Origin: Spirochaetota bacterium
Lineage (GTDB): Bacteria; Spirochaetota; UBA4802; UBA5550
DNA length: 64,000 nucleotides
Reading direction: 5' to 3'
NCBI GenBank assembly: GCA_963663865.1
Contig: OY760686.1
Span: 352,001-416,000, forward strand
Of the stretch, positions 18,642 to 28,903 are shown piece after piece (positions within the stretch are counted from its first letter, which is position 1; every line of letters starts with the position of its first letter). The notes beneath the pieces are model-generated. The model worked only from the letters and a program-made list of their open reading frames with translations. It was not told the origin of the DNA and did not search any database. Both the position numbers and the translations under genes were made by a program.

Positions 18642-19493
18642 ATGAAAAACGCCATAACAATATATGAGCCGCAGATGAGAGCGCGCCTTGGCATGGCCCA
18701 GGTCTGGGTCTCTATGCTGAAAAATGTTATCCGTTCACGGGACCTTCTTGTTCAGCTTTTCAGGAGGGATTTCTTTGCGGTATATAAAAAATCGCTCATG
18801 GGGCGGACCTGGATTTTTATTTCGCCGGTTCTTGGAATCGTCTCATGGGTCCTTATGAACTCTGCGGGAGTACTTCAGCCCGGCGATGTGGGAATCCCCT
18901 ACCCCGCCTATGTTCTGATAAGCACATCCATCTGGGGACTGTTTATGGGCTTTTATGAATCGTCATCAGAGACACTCAATTCCGGCGCAGGATTTATTCA
19001 GCAGGTTAACTTCCCTCATGAGGTGCTTCTGTTTAAGCAGACAGCGCAGCATCTCGCGGTTTTTATTTTAAGCTTTATCGTGAACATAGCAGTGCTTTTT
19101 GCCTTCCAGGTAATACCGAGCTGGAAGATTGTTTTCTTTCCGCTTATGGCTTTACCGATGTTTTTTCTCGGCGGGGGGATAGGGCTTGTTATATCAGCTT
19201 TGAGTGTTGCCGCGGAAGATATCAAAAAGGGCTTTAAAATACTGATGACGCTTCTTATGTATGTAACTCCTGTGATCTACGCGCCTGGAACAGGGGGCGA
19301 ACTGCTTCAGAAGGTCATCAAGTGGAACCCCCTCACCTACCTTGTCGGAGAAGCTCGCAACGTAATAATTTACGGGAAGCTGGAAAATCCGGTTTTCTAT
19401 TCAGCCTCTTGCCTGCTTGCCTTCATAATCTTTATGCTTTCATGGCGCTTTTTCTTCATCGCAGAAGAAAAGGTAATAGAAAAGATGGTCTGA
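18642..19493 (+). CDS. wzm: ABC-2 polysaccharide export permease
   Basis: RDL..QL.RRDF...YK.S.MG..W..ISP; MYVTPVIY; KWNPLT; ~6 TM segments. Confidence 0.9.
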   Translation: MKNAITIYEPQMRARLGMAQVWVSMLKNVIRSRDLLVQLFRRDFFAVYKKSLMGRTWIFISPVLGIVSWVLMNSAGVLQPGDVGIPYPAYVLISTSIWGLFMGFYESSSETLNSGAGFIQQVNFPHEVLLFKQTAQHLAVFILSFIVNIAVLFAFQVIPSWKIVFFPLMALPMFFLGGGIGLVISALSVAAEDIKKGFKILMTLLMYVTPVIYAPGTGGELLQKVIKWNPLTYLVGEARNVIIYGKLENPVFYSASCLLAFIIFMLSWRFFFIAEEKVIEKMV

Positions 19494-19505
19494 GTCCTCC
19501 TGAGA

Positions 19506-20777
19506 ATGAAAAGAGCGATGAAATCTACAAAGCCGATATCCCCCCTCAATATGCCGGATGAGGTTGTGCTGAAGGTTGAGAACCTTTCAAAGAAGTTCTG
19601 CCGGACGCTGAGACGAAGCATGTTTTACGGAACAGCCGACGTGCTTCGCAGCATGTTCGGAATCCCCTTCTCTACCGACAGAACGAGGAAGGATGAGTTC
19701 TGGGCGCTTGACGATATCAGCTTTGAGCTGAAGAGGGGCGATACGCTGGGGATTGTCGGAGTGAACGGTTCAGGCAAGTCGACCCTGCTTCGGCTCATAA
19801 CAGGAATATTTCCCCCCGACAGAGGGCGCATCAGTTTCAGGGGGCGCATAGGCGCGCTTATCGCGGTAGGCGCGGGCTTTCACCCGAACATGACTGGACG
19901 TGAAAATATATACCTCAACGGTACTATTCTGGGAATGACCAGAAAAGAGGTTGAAGCCCGCTTTGATGCCATTGTGGACTTTGCGGAAGTAGGGGAGTTT
20001 TTAGAAGCGCCGGTAAGCACATATTCGAGCGGAATGAGAGTTAGGCTCGGTTTTGCTGTTGCCATTCACTGTGAGCCTGAGCTGCTGCTTGTCGATGAGG
20101 TTCTTGCTGTCGGAGATGCCGGGTTTCAATTGAAGTGCTTTAATAAAATGGGAGAACTTCGCGCAAGGGGAGTGACTACGATTCTCGTGTCTCACAACCT
20201 CCACCACATGTCTTCTTTTTGCAACAGGATTATGGTTATGGAGAAGGGCAGGCTCATCCATTTCGGCGATGTTGAAGAGGGACTTGCCGTATATAAGTCG
20301 AAAATTTCAATGCTGAAAAGCTCTGGCGAAATAGAGAAAATCAACACCGGGACTGAAGATTTTATCGTAGAGTCGGTTGAGTTTTCTCCGCCTGTTTTGA
20401 ATGACCGGATAGTATTAGAGGCCGGCCAAAACCTTTCTGTTGTCATCCGCTATGAAGCGGCGCGCGATTTCGATGACATGGACCTTGACATTGTCCTGAG
20501 GCTTCCAATGCCGTCCGCCTCTGATTACTTTCAGGCAACCAACCACGCATTCGGCCAAACAATATCTATTAAAAAAGGCCGGGGGATATTGGCTGCTGAA
20601 ATTGAGGGCATCAATCTTAACAATATTACTGCCCATTTGATCGTAACCCTATGGACTAAGAACAGGGAAGAGATTGTTCTCTGGTGGCGCAATATTCCTG
20701 TCTCTGCCAGAGGAGAAAACCTTCAGTCAGGATGGGCAAGACATACGGTAAAATACTCTGTCAGGGGAAATGAGTAG
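19506..20777 (+). CDS. wzt: Polysaccharide ABC transporter ATPase with C-terminal (Wzt-C-like) extension
   Basis: FWALDDISF, GVNGSGKST, TYSSGMRVRLGF, LVDEVLAVGDAGFQ; ~150-aa beta-rich C-terminal domain. Confidence 0.92.
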   Translation: MKRAMKSTKPISPLNMPDEVVLKVENLSKKFCRTLRRSMFYGTADVLRSMFGIPFSTDRTRKDEFWALDDISFELKRGDTLGIVGVNGSGKSTLLRLITGIFPPDRGRISFRGRIGALIAVGAGFHPNMTGRENIYLNGTILGMTRKEVEARFDAIVDFAEVGEFLEAPVSTYSSGMRVRLGFAVAIHCEPELLLVDEVLAVGDAGFQLKCFNKMGELRARGVTTILVSHNLHHMSSFCNRIMVMEKGRLIHFGDVEEGLAVYKSKISMLKSSGEIEKINTGTEDFIVESVEFSPPVLNDRIVLEAGQNLSVVIRYEAARDFDDMDLDIVLRLPMPSASDYFQATNHAFGQTISIKKGRGILAAEIEGINLNNITAHLIVTLWTKNREEIVLWWRNIPVSARGENLQSGWARHTVKYSVRGNE

Positions 20778-21486
20778 AATGGCCTTTTGTTTGAATCGTA
20801 AACGGAATGATTACACAGCTGAAGAGATTGAGCAGGTGTACAAAAGGGAGTCGTCAGCCAATACGGAGCTTGTGCATGAGATAATGGATTTTGACTGCGG
20901 CTGCGTAGACTTTATTGCCGAAGAAGAAAGGGCGTTTCCTGGCAATCCGGAATTTGTTAAATCGGGTTATTGCAACACAATGCTGAAGCGGTATTTTTTT
21001 GCCGGGGCTGTTTTTTGCAAAGGCAAGAGGATTCTTGACAGCTGCAGCGGATTAGGGTGGGGGACGTATATCCTTTCAAAGTATGCGGACAAGGTGACCG
21101 CTTTTGATATTGAACGTGAGGCTGTAGATTTTTGCTCCAGGTCCTGGAAGGCAGGCAATACTGAATGGAAGCAGGGCAGCGCCCTTGACCTTTCCTTTCT
21201 GGGAGAGACTCTTTTTGATACAGCCTGCGCAATGGAAACAATCGAACATTTCACAAAAGAAGACGGAGAAAAGTACATCGCTGGGCTGTCATCCAGATTG
21301 AAACGGAAGGGAGTCCTGATCGGGTCGTCATATTTCCCGGAGACCAGGGAAGAGGCTGACCGCGTCTGTTCGACAAATCCATATCATCTCTATATCTTTA
21401 CGGAGAAAGAGATGAGTGATATACTGAAACGTTATTTCAGAAAAAGTATTATTATTAATCGCTGGATTTTTATTGCGGTCAGATAA
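20770..21486 (+). CDS. Class I SAM-dependent methyltransferase
   Basis: RYFFA, KRILDSCSGLGWG (motif I), AFDIE, METIEH, NPYH; overlaps the wzt stop. Confidence 0.85.
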   Translation: MSRMAFCLNRKRNDYTAEEIEQVYKRESSANTELVHEIMDFDCGCVDFIAEEERAFPGNPEFVKSGYCNTMLKRYFFAGAVFCKGKRILDSCSGLGWGTYILSKYADKVTAFDIEREAVDFCSRSWKAGNTEWKQGSALDLSFLGETLFDTACAMETIEHFTKEDGEKYIAGLSSRLKRKGVLIGSSYFPETREEADRVCSTNPYHLYIFTEKEMSDILKRYFRKSIIINRWIFIAVR

Positions 21487-21510
21487 TGTTCTTCTGTCAA
21501 TCGAGGCAAT

Positions 21511-22602
21511 GTGAATTATAAAAAATTGGACAGATACTTAAATAATCTCTATTTGGGAAAAGATAACGGATACAGGTTTTCGATGCAATCGGAAAGTACA
21601 CTGCTCAGCACGGACTTTGCAGTGATGTGCCGTTTTCTCATGGGACAAAACCTGGAAGCTGATCAGGAATCACATGGGCTCATCGATGCGATTCTGAAGC
21701 ATAAGGAGGTTGATGGAAGGTTCATTGACAACACTTTCGATATTTCCATAGAGAGGCGGCATAAACCCGACTACACAATTAATCAGTTTACTTTTTTTAC
21801 ACTTACATCACTTGATCACCTGGGAGTCAGATTTAATAAGCTTCCATTTATGGAAGAGCTGCTTCCGGTTGGAAAAATAAGTTGTTGGCTTGAATCTCTT
21901 AACTGGGCGACATTCTGGTACGAGTCGAATAAGATCATGTTTGTCATGTTTTTCTGCGCGTATCTCATTGAATACGGGGAAGGTAGTCTGCCTGAAAGGG
22001 CGCAGGACTGCATTGATGAGATTTTCAAAGCGCTGGATAAAAGGCAGGACCGTGAAACCGGCTTCTGGGGAACTGATTTAAACAACCGTGACCTGCTCGA
22101 TGGAGCTTGTGGAGCCGCGCATATTTTCCTTTTCTATGATTTCTTTGACAGGGAGATAAAATATCCTGAAAAGATAATCGAAAGCACCATTTGTCAGCAC
22201 GCGGACAATGGTTTGTTGATAAACAGAGAGGGCGGGGCTTGCGAGGATTATGATGCGGTCGAAATCTATCTGCGGCTGATGAGGCAGACCGAGTACCGAA
22301 AAACAGATATCAATGAAATTCTCACCAGAATGAAGAAGACAATTGAGCGGGGTCAAATGTCCGATGGAGGTTTCCCGTATAAGATTGCTGAAAAAAAGTT
22401 TGGACTTTTCAGAGAAAAAAAGTCACAAATGTATGAGTACAGCAGCTGGGAGAGAATGAGGACTGATATGTACAAATCTGACAGTTGGGGAACTTTTTTC
22501 AGAGTGCTCACTTTAGCGGCTATAGATATAGTTGCAGGTACTGATTCCCCCTCCTGCCGGGGATATCGCCTTCCCGGATGGGGATACCTGGGGAAGTCAT
22601 AG
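21511..22602 (+). CDS. Alpha/alpha-toroid protein (prenyltransferase/squalene-cyclase-like repeats), function unknown
   Basis: Repeats H..VDGRF, QDRETGFWG, QHADNGL, QMSDGGF; motif GGACEDYDA; no signal peptide. Confidence 0.6.
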   Translation: MNYKKLDRYLNNLYLGKDNGYRFSMQSESTLLSTDFAVMCRFLMGQNLEADQESHGLIDAILKHKEVDGRFIDNTFDISIERRHKPDYTINQFTFFTLTSLDHLGVRFNKLPFMEELLPVGKISCWLESLNWATFWYESNKIMFVMFFCAYLIEYGEGSLPERAQDCIDEIFKALDKRQDRETGFWGTDLNNRDLLDGACGAAHIFLFYDFFDREIKYPEKIIESTICQHADNGLLINREGGACEDYDAVEIYLRLMRQTEYRKTDINEILTRMKKTIERGQMSDGGFPYKIAEKKFGLFREKKSQMYEYSSWERMRTDMYKSDSWGTFFRVLTLAAIDIVAGTDSPSCRGYRLPGWGYLGKS

Positions 22603-22700
22603 AAATCATTTTTCTTCAAAAACCAATATAAACTACAATGGAACAGTAGTTCTCTTTCCCACGTTAATTAGAATTGTAAAAAAAATCAGAGTGTGGTTAA

Positions 22701-23915
22701 TTGAAAAAAATAGGTTACATAATTAATTCCGGAATTATTTCAGGTGGGATAAATGTGGTTTTTGAACATGCTTCAGCCATAAAGGCAGCCGGGTTTGATG
22801 TTTACATTTTATCTGAAAATGAAATTCTTAAAGAAGATGTAAGTTGGCATCATAAATCGTCTAATCTGAAATTTATAACTTTCAAAGCAGCTCAGTCAAA
22901 ATTATTTTCAATTGTTTTTGCTACATGGTGGGGTACTGTATTTGATTTGGGAAAGGTTAACGCCGAGAGATATGGTTTCTTTTGTCAGTCAATAGAATCA
23001 AGGTTTTACAACCATGAAGATATTGTCTCTAAGTATCTCAATGAGTTTACATACCGGCTCCCTTTATATATTTATACTGAAGCAGATTGGATTAGAGATT
23101 ACCTGAAAGAAAATTATAATAAAGAAGTACCGGTAATCCCTAATGGTCTGGATAAAGGCATTTTTACTTTAAAAGGTGAAACATATGAACCGCGCAATCC
23201 TGATAAGATCAGAGTCCTTGTTGAAGGTTCTTTTAATGCACCGTTTAAGCAAACGGCCAGATCAATTGAGTTGTGTAAAAAAGCTGGCATAGATGATATC
23301 TGGCTTCTAACTTCAACAGAGATGAGATACTATCCAGGGGTGTGCAGAGTGTACTCTCAAATTGCAATTGAGAATGTACCAAAGGTATATAGGTCTTGTG
23401 ATGTTCTTTTGAAGTTAAGCAAAGTAGAGGGGATGTTCGGCCCACCATTGGAGATGATGCATTCAGGTGGAACGGCAATAACCTATGATGTAACTGGCAG
23501 TGAAATGTATATGAAAAATAATTATAATGGGATTGTGGTTCCTATGGGGGATGAGTCTCAAATCATTAGGGCTTTAAAACTCTTAAAAAATGATAAGCAA
23601 TATCTGGAATCATTAAAAAAAGGAGCAATAGAAACAGCATCGAATTGGCCGTCATGGCATCAAGTGTCAAAAAAACTCATTCGTTTCATAAATAAAACAC
23701 TCTCAGATGACTTAACAGTTTATCGAAGGAATTCAAGTCTTGAAATGATTAAGGCAGGAAATTATCTTATGGGGCCTCTGTATTGCGAGGTTATGAAAAA
23801 ACATCAGGGGGGAATAAAACATGCAGCCAAAATTCTAATTTATGATTTCATTAATCTTCTTAAAATTATAAGGAACAAGGTATTATCTAAAAATGCGTTG
23901 TTAAAGAAGGATTGA
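22701..23915 (+). CDS. GT4 glycosyltransferase (WsaF-like)
   Basis: SGGINVVFEHA, VFATWW.T, F.QSIE..FY, IPNGLD, VEGMFGPPLEMM. Confidence 0.82.
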   Translation: MKKIGYIINSGIISGGINVVFEHASAIKAAGFDVYILSENEILKEDVSWHHKSSNLKFITFKAAQSKLFSIVFATWWGTVFDLGKVNAERYGFFCQSIESRFYNHEDIVSKYLNEFTYRLPLYIYTEADWIRDYLKENYNKEVPVIPNGLDKGIFTLKGETYEPRNPDKIRVLVEGSFNAPFKQTARSIELCKKAGIDDIWLLTSTEMRYYPGVCRVYSQIAIENVPKVYRSCDVLLKLSKVEGMFGPPLEMMHSGGTAITYDVTGSEMYMKNNYNGIVVPMGDESQIIRALKLLKNDKQYLESLKKGAIETASNWPSWHQVSKKLIRFINKTLSDDLTVYRRNSSLEMIKAGNYLMGPLYCEVMKKHQGGIKHAAKILIYDFINLLKIIRNKVLSKNALLKKD

Positions 23916-23924
23916 AAATACAAT

Positions 23925-24743
23925 ATGCAACAAATTAGAATAATTGCAGATATTGATAAGTATAGTGGAATAATTCCCCGGCGAAAAATTTTTAAAAAGG
24001 CATATCCTCAGGCACATGTTCAATATACTGATATTAATTCAGATCAAAATATAAGTAACACAGATAATATTATAGCTTATCTTGAAGATAAAGAGCAAAT
24101 AGAAAGAATAATAAAAAATTGTCAGATAAAAAATAAAGTAATTATTGTTGATTTAAGAAATACTATTTCAAAGAGTCCTGGATTATTAAAAAATTATAAA
24201 GGCAGTGTAATTGTTTTTTCTCGAGACAAAGCCTTAATGGAGTATAAGGGGTGTGAATACGAATTCTTTTTCCCAATACCAGAAGATACTGAAACATTAT
24301 TTGAAGAAAGGCAACGGGGAACGGATATCTGTATTTATAATTATGGCAAAGAAGAAAAATCTTTTTTTGAATTACAGAATAAGTATAAATGTTTATTTTT
24401 AAATCCGACTACTATATCGTGGGAAGAGCAATCAAAAATTATCAGAAACTCTAAAGTAACTTTAAATTTAAATAAAAATAATAATTTAATTAACTTTGCA
24501 TTTATGTTAAGGGATATGAGGCTGGGCTGTATTACGATTAGAAATAATTTTGATGACTCCGAAGGTTTTTTTGCTGATGATCATTATATCAGCTGTAATG
24601 TACGGACTGATATTGAAAAGAAAATTGATGAAGTCTTTTTCAGCTTTGAGAAGTATAATGTCGTTAGAAGAAATGGGTTTAAAAAGGCTTATGTCTATAA
24701 TCAAGAAAGTAATGTTAAGAAATTTATGCTTTATTTAGACTAA
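23925..24743 (+). CDS. GT-B-like protein (CgeB/Glyco_trans_1_2-like C-terminus), divergent
   Basis: C-terminal SKVTLNLN...LGCITI...FF..DHYI...VRRNGFKKA; located in the glycan locus. Confidence 0.5.
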   Translation: MQQIRIIADIDKYSGIIPRRKIFKKAYPQAHVQYTDINSDQNISNTDNIIAYLEDKEQIERIIKNCQIKNKVIIVDLRNTISKSPGLLKNYKGSVIVFSRDKALMEYKGCEYEFFFPIPEDTETLFEERQRGTDICIYNYGKEEKSFFELQNKYKCLFLNPTTISWEEQSKIIRNSKVTLNLNKNNNLINFAFMLRDMRLGCITIRNNFDDSEGFFADDHYISCNVRTDIEKKIDEVFFSFEKYNVVRRNGFKKAYVYNQESNVKKFMLYLD

Positions 24744-24985
24744 TGAGGCCCCTCTTTTTTGCTTGTTGAATCAAAGAGAATGAACAAAAAGACATGTTAA
24801 ATTGAAAGATATTGCAGCTGGGAGTTAATTGAACTAACATCTTTTAACCTGATAACTCGAAAACTATTTTAGAATGCTATCTCTGCCTGGAACTATGTCA
24901 CAGATCATGCAATTCTAAAAAATAATATCAAACGAAAAAACACGGTTGGGGATGACTCTCAAGCTGCATTACAGGATATAGATAT

Positions 24986-27892
24986 ATGCCAAAAGTAAGT
25001 ATAATTATTCCCTTATACAATCTGGGAGAGTACCTTGATGAAGCCGTTTATTCGGTTTTGAATCAAACTTATCATGATTTTGAAATTATCATAGTAAATG
25101 ATGGCTCTACCGATGAATATACAATAAATCTGTTAAAAGAATACAATAAACCTAAAACAAAAATCTACCATACAAAAAATCAAGGTCTGCCCGCAACACG
25201 CAATTACGGAATAGAACGTGCAAATGGTGAGTATATTTGCTGCCTGGATGCAGACGATAAATATCATCCGAACTTTATCGATAAGTGTGTTTCTGTTTTA
25301 GAAAACGATAACCAGCTTGAATATGGCATTGTAACGACTTACTTTAAATTATTCGAAAACGGCAATGATGTTATCAAAGTAATAGACTTTAATCCCTTTA
25401 TTCAAGCCGTTGAGAATAGACTTCACGTAGCTTCGCTTTTTAGAAAAAAATGCTGGGATGAAGTTGGCGGGTATTCGACTAATTTATCTGGATATCAAGA
25501 TTGGGATTTTTGGATAGCAATAATTGCAAAAGGGTATAAATGGTTTACGATAAAGGACATTTTATTCTTTTATCGTAAAAGAACCGGCTCAATGCTTAGT
25601 AATTCAGATAAAAATAAATGGAAATTAATAAGTCAGATAGTTTTGAATAATTATGATTTTTATTCAGTAAATTTTCATGAAATTATCAATGCTTATGTAA
25701 ATATTAATGGCACATTTATCCAGAATTATCAAATCAATCAGGAATTTATCACACAATATGATAATATCTTAAAAGATTATCAAAACATTAAGAAAGAATA
25801 TAATACAATACGTGACTCAATAGCATGGAAAATAACCAAAAAAATAATTAAACTTACTAATGTTTTGTTTCCCCCTAAATCATCACAAAGAAAAATTATT
25901 AGAAAGTTTTTTAAGAAATCGATCAATATAGGAAAAAACAAAAACAAAATACTAAAAAGAGTAAATAGACTTATACATACCAACAATATGTCATACACGG
26001 AATGGGCTCCAGATGTCCCTTTAGTTTCTGTTATAATACCCTGTTATAACTATGGCTTATATGTTGAAGAAGCCATAGATTCTGTTCTCAGTCAAACATT
26101 TCAAAATTATGAAATAATTGTTGTTGATGGGGGCTCAACAGATAACTATACTCATTCTGTATTAAAAAAGATAGATAAGCCAAAAACAAAAATATATTTT
26201 CGAGATGGTCGACACTTAGTTGGAGACAATAGGAATTTTGGCATCGAACTTGCTCGGGGGAAATATATTTGCTGCCTGGATGCTGATGATTTGATTGAAT
26301 CAACATATCTTGAAAAGGCTCTTTTTTTTCTTGAAGCTTATAATTATGATGTTGTATATCCAAGCGTGCAATGTTTTGGAGATAAAAACAGCATATGGGA
26401 AGCAGTCCCCACAGTTTTTTCCAGAATGATAAAAGAAGGTAATTTTGTTTCAACAGTTTCTTTATTCAAAAAAAAGGCATGGGAAAATGCGGGAAAATAT
26501 AAAGATTGGCCAGTTGGAAAAGATCATGTACCTGAAGACTGGGAGTTTTGGACCAGAATGATGGGTTATGGATACAGATTTAAACCACTACCTGAACCAT
26601 TGATGCTTTACCGTGTTCATGGCGCTGGATTAACTGGTCAGTGTGGATCAACAAAAGAAGAACAGGCCAAAGTTATTTACAATGAAAATAAATATTTGTT
26701 TAACAAGACATTTAAGAAGTTAAGAAAAAGAAATAATCATTTCTATCTTGTTAATAATAGATTCATAAATTTAAGACGAAAGACAAATAAAAAAACAATT
26801 CTATTGGTTCTCCCTTTTATGATAATGGGGGGGGCTGATTCTATATTGATAAGGATATTTAATTTTTTAAAAAAATACTATGATGTTGTAATTATTACTA
26901 CTATGAAATCTCCTTTAGAATATGGAGATAATACCCCAGAATATAAAAAAATTACAAAAGAAGTATATCACCTTGAAGAATTTTTGTTGGATAGTACTGA
27001 AAAAAAAGATTTTATTGATTACTTAATTACCACCAGAAGTATTAAATGTATTTTTAATGTCGGGAGTGAATTCTTATATAAAATTATACCAGATATCAAG
27101 AAAAGAGATAAAACCGTAATTGTAATTGATCAATTGTTTAATGAATTTGGGCATATTAAAAACAACAGAAAAAATAATAAGAGTATTGATTTAAGTATAG
27201 TTGCGAATACAAAAATCCAGGAAATTTTATTAAACAGATTTAAGGAAGATAGAAGCAAAGTTAAAGTCATTATTCATGGTGTTGATGTCGAAGAAGAATA
27301 TAATCCAGATATAGTATCCAAGAAATATAATCTCACAAAAAGGAATAAGTCAAAATTAACAATATCATATTTTGGAAGATTTTCTCATGAAAAATCCCCG
27401 GATTTATTTGTTGAGATAGTTAATAGGTTAGATAACAAAAATTTTGATGTTGTAATGACCGGAAATGGACCAGCTTTTAGTGAAACACTAAAACTAATTG
27501 AAAAATATGGATTAGCAGATCGAATAAAAACTCCTGGTATTGTTGATGATATTATTCAGTACCATGTTCAAACAGATATTCTTGTTGTACCGTCCAGAAT
27601 CGAAGGTTTACCTATTGTTATTCTTGAAGCATTATCTCTTGGTATCCCGGTAATAGCCTCAAATATTGGAGGAATTCCAACTGTTATTAATAGTGGATAT
27701 AATGGGTATACTTGTGAAGTAGGAGATATAGATGACTTTGCAGAAAAGATAAATTTTCTAGAAAGGGATCGAAGCTTGCTTGAAAAGATGAAAAAAAATG
27801 CTCGTGCTTTTGCAGTTGAAAATATCAGTGAAGAAAAAATGAACAGTGAATATTTTGAAAGCATTAAGAATCTCATAGGAGTAGGCAATTAA
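24986..27892 (+). CDS. Tri-domain glycosyltransferase GT2-GT2-GT4
   Basis: Two VS.IIP.YN...DGSTD/GGSTD...ICCLDADD domains; linker SIAWKITK; C-terminal GGAD...GRFSHEK...EGLPIVILEA. Confidence 0.9.
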   Translation: MPKVSIIIPLYNLGEYLDEAVYSVLNQTYHDFEIIIVNDGSTDEYTINLLKEYNKPKTKIYHTKNQGLPATRNYGIERANGEYICCLDADDKYHPNFIDKCVSVLENDNQLEYGIVTTYFKLFENGNDVIKVIDFNPFIQAVENRLHVASLFRKKCWDEVGGYSTNLSGYQDWDFWIAIIAKGYKWFTIKDILFFYRKRTGSMLSNSDKNKWKLISQIVLNNYDFYSVNFHEIINAYVNINGTFIQNYQINQEFITQYDNILKDYQNIKKEYNTIRDSIAWKITKKIIKLTNVLFPPKSSQRKIIRKFFKKSINIGKNKNKILKRVNRLIHTNNMSYTEWAPDVPLVSVIIPCYNYGLYVEEAIDSVLSQTFQNYEIIVVDGGSTDNYTHSVLKKIDKPKTKIYFRDGRHLVGDNRNFGIELARGKYICCLDADDLIESTYLEKALFFLEAYNYDVVYPSVQCFGDKNSIWEAVPTVFSRMIKEGNFVSTVSLFKKKAWENAGKYKDWPVGKDHVPEDWEFWTRMMGYGYRFKPLPEPLMLYRVHGAGLTGQCGSTKEEQAKVIYNENKYLFNKTFKKLRKRNNHFYLVNNRFINLRRKTNKKTILLVLPFMIMGGADSILIRIFNFLKKYYDVVIITTMKSPLEYGDNTPEYKKITKEVYHLEEFLLDSTEKKDFIDYLITTRSIKCIFNVGSEFLYKIIPDIKKRDKTVIVIDQLFNEFGHIKNNRKNNKSIDLSIVANTKIQEILLNRFKEDRSKVKVIIHGVDVEEEYNPDIVSKKYNLTKRNKSKLTISYFGRFSHEKSPDLFVEIVNRLDNKNFDVVMTGNGPAFSETLKLIEKYGLADRIKTPGIVDDIIQYHVQTDILVVPSRIEGLPIVILEALSLGIPVIASNIGGIPTVINSGYNGYTCEVGDIDDFAEKINFLERDRSLLEKMKKNARAFAVENISEEKMNSEYFESIKNLIGVGN

Positions 27893-28890
27893 TGGATTTA
27901 AACGGTAAAAATGTCTTAGTAACCGGTTCAGAAGGCTTTATTGGAAGTCATCTGGTTGAAGAACTGTTAAAGTATGATATTAACTTAAGGGCCTTTGTAC
28001 TTTATAATTCATTCAACACATGGGGGTGGCTTGATTCCTTTAGTAAAGAACAAAAGGATAAATTTGAAATTTTTACCGGTGATGTTCGAGATCCAAATGG
28101 TGTTCGTACGGCAATGAAAAATATTGATGTGGTTTTTCATCTTGCCGCACTGATTGCTATTCCTTATAGCTATCATTCTCCAGACAGTTATGTTGATACA
28201 AATATCAAAGGGACTCTTAATATTTTACAGGCTGCAAAAGATGAAAAATGTGAAAAGGTTTTAGTGACCTCAACATCAGAGGTTTATGGAACTGCACAGT
28301 ATGTTCCAATCGATGAAAAACATCCTTTTCAGGGACAATCTCCTTATTCTGCCACAAAAATAGGAGCTGACAGAATGGCTGAATCTTTTTATCGGAGCTT
28401 TAATCTTCCAGTGGTTACTGTCAGGCCTTTTAACACCTTTGGTCCCCGGCAATCAGCAAGGGCTGTTATACCTACGATAATTACTCAATTACTTGATGGA
28501 AAAAAAGAAATTCAACTTGGCTCTTTGCATCCTACAAGAGATTTACTTTATGTTAAGGATACAGCAAAAGGTTTTATTGAGTTGGCTATGTCGAATGAAA
28601 CAATCGGTGAAGAAGTCAATATTGCAACTAACTCAGAAATTAGTATTGGCGATCTCGCTCAAAAAATTATCGACTTAATTAATCCTGAGGCAAAAATTAA
28701 AACAGATGAAATTAGATTGAGACCAGAGAAAAGTGAAGTTGAAAGATTGTTTGGGTCTAATGAAAAAATTCAAAAATTAACAAATTGGAAACCAGAATGG
28801 AATCTTGAGTCTGGTCTAAAAGAGACGATTGCATGGTTTAGTGATGAAATAAATCTTAAAAAATACAAATCAGATATTTACAATATTTAA
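27892..28890 (+). CDS. NDP-sugar 4,6-dehydratase, LegB-like SDR
   Basis: GSEGFIGSH, YNSFN.WGWLD, HLAALIAIPYSY.SP.SYVDTN, TSTSEVYG, QSPYSATK, RPFNTFGPRQSARA, RLRPEKSEV. Confidence 0.88.
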   Translation: MDLNGKNVLVTGSEGFIGSHLVEELLKYDINLRAFVLYNSFNTWGWLDSFSKEQKDKFEIFTGDVRDPNGVRTAMKNIDVVFHLAALIAIPYSYHSPDSYVDTNIKGTLNILQAAKDEKCEKVLVTSTSEVYGTAQYVPIDEKHPFQGQSPYSATKIGADRMAESFYRSFNLPVVTVRPFNTFGPRQSARAVIPTIITQLLDGKKEIQLGSLHPTRDLLYVKDTAKGFIELAMSNETIGEEVNIATNSEISIGDLAQKIIDLINPEAKIKTDEIRLRPEKSEVERLFGSNEKIQKLTNWKPEWNLESGLKETIAWFSDEINLKKYKSDIYNI

Positions 28891-28903
28891 TTAGGGAAAA
28901 GAA

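Noticed and set aside
24830-24910. Integron attC-like start (CTAAC...AACCTGA)
   Set aside because: No matching GTTRRRY end, no repeats and no integrase in the window.
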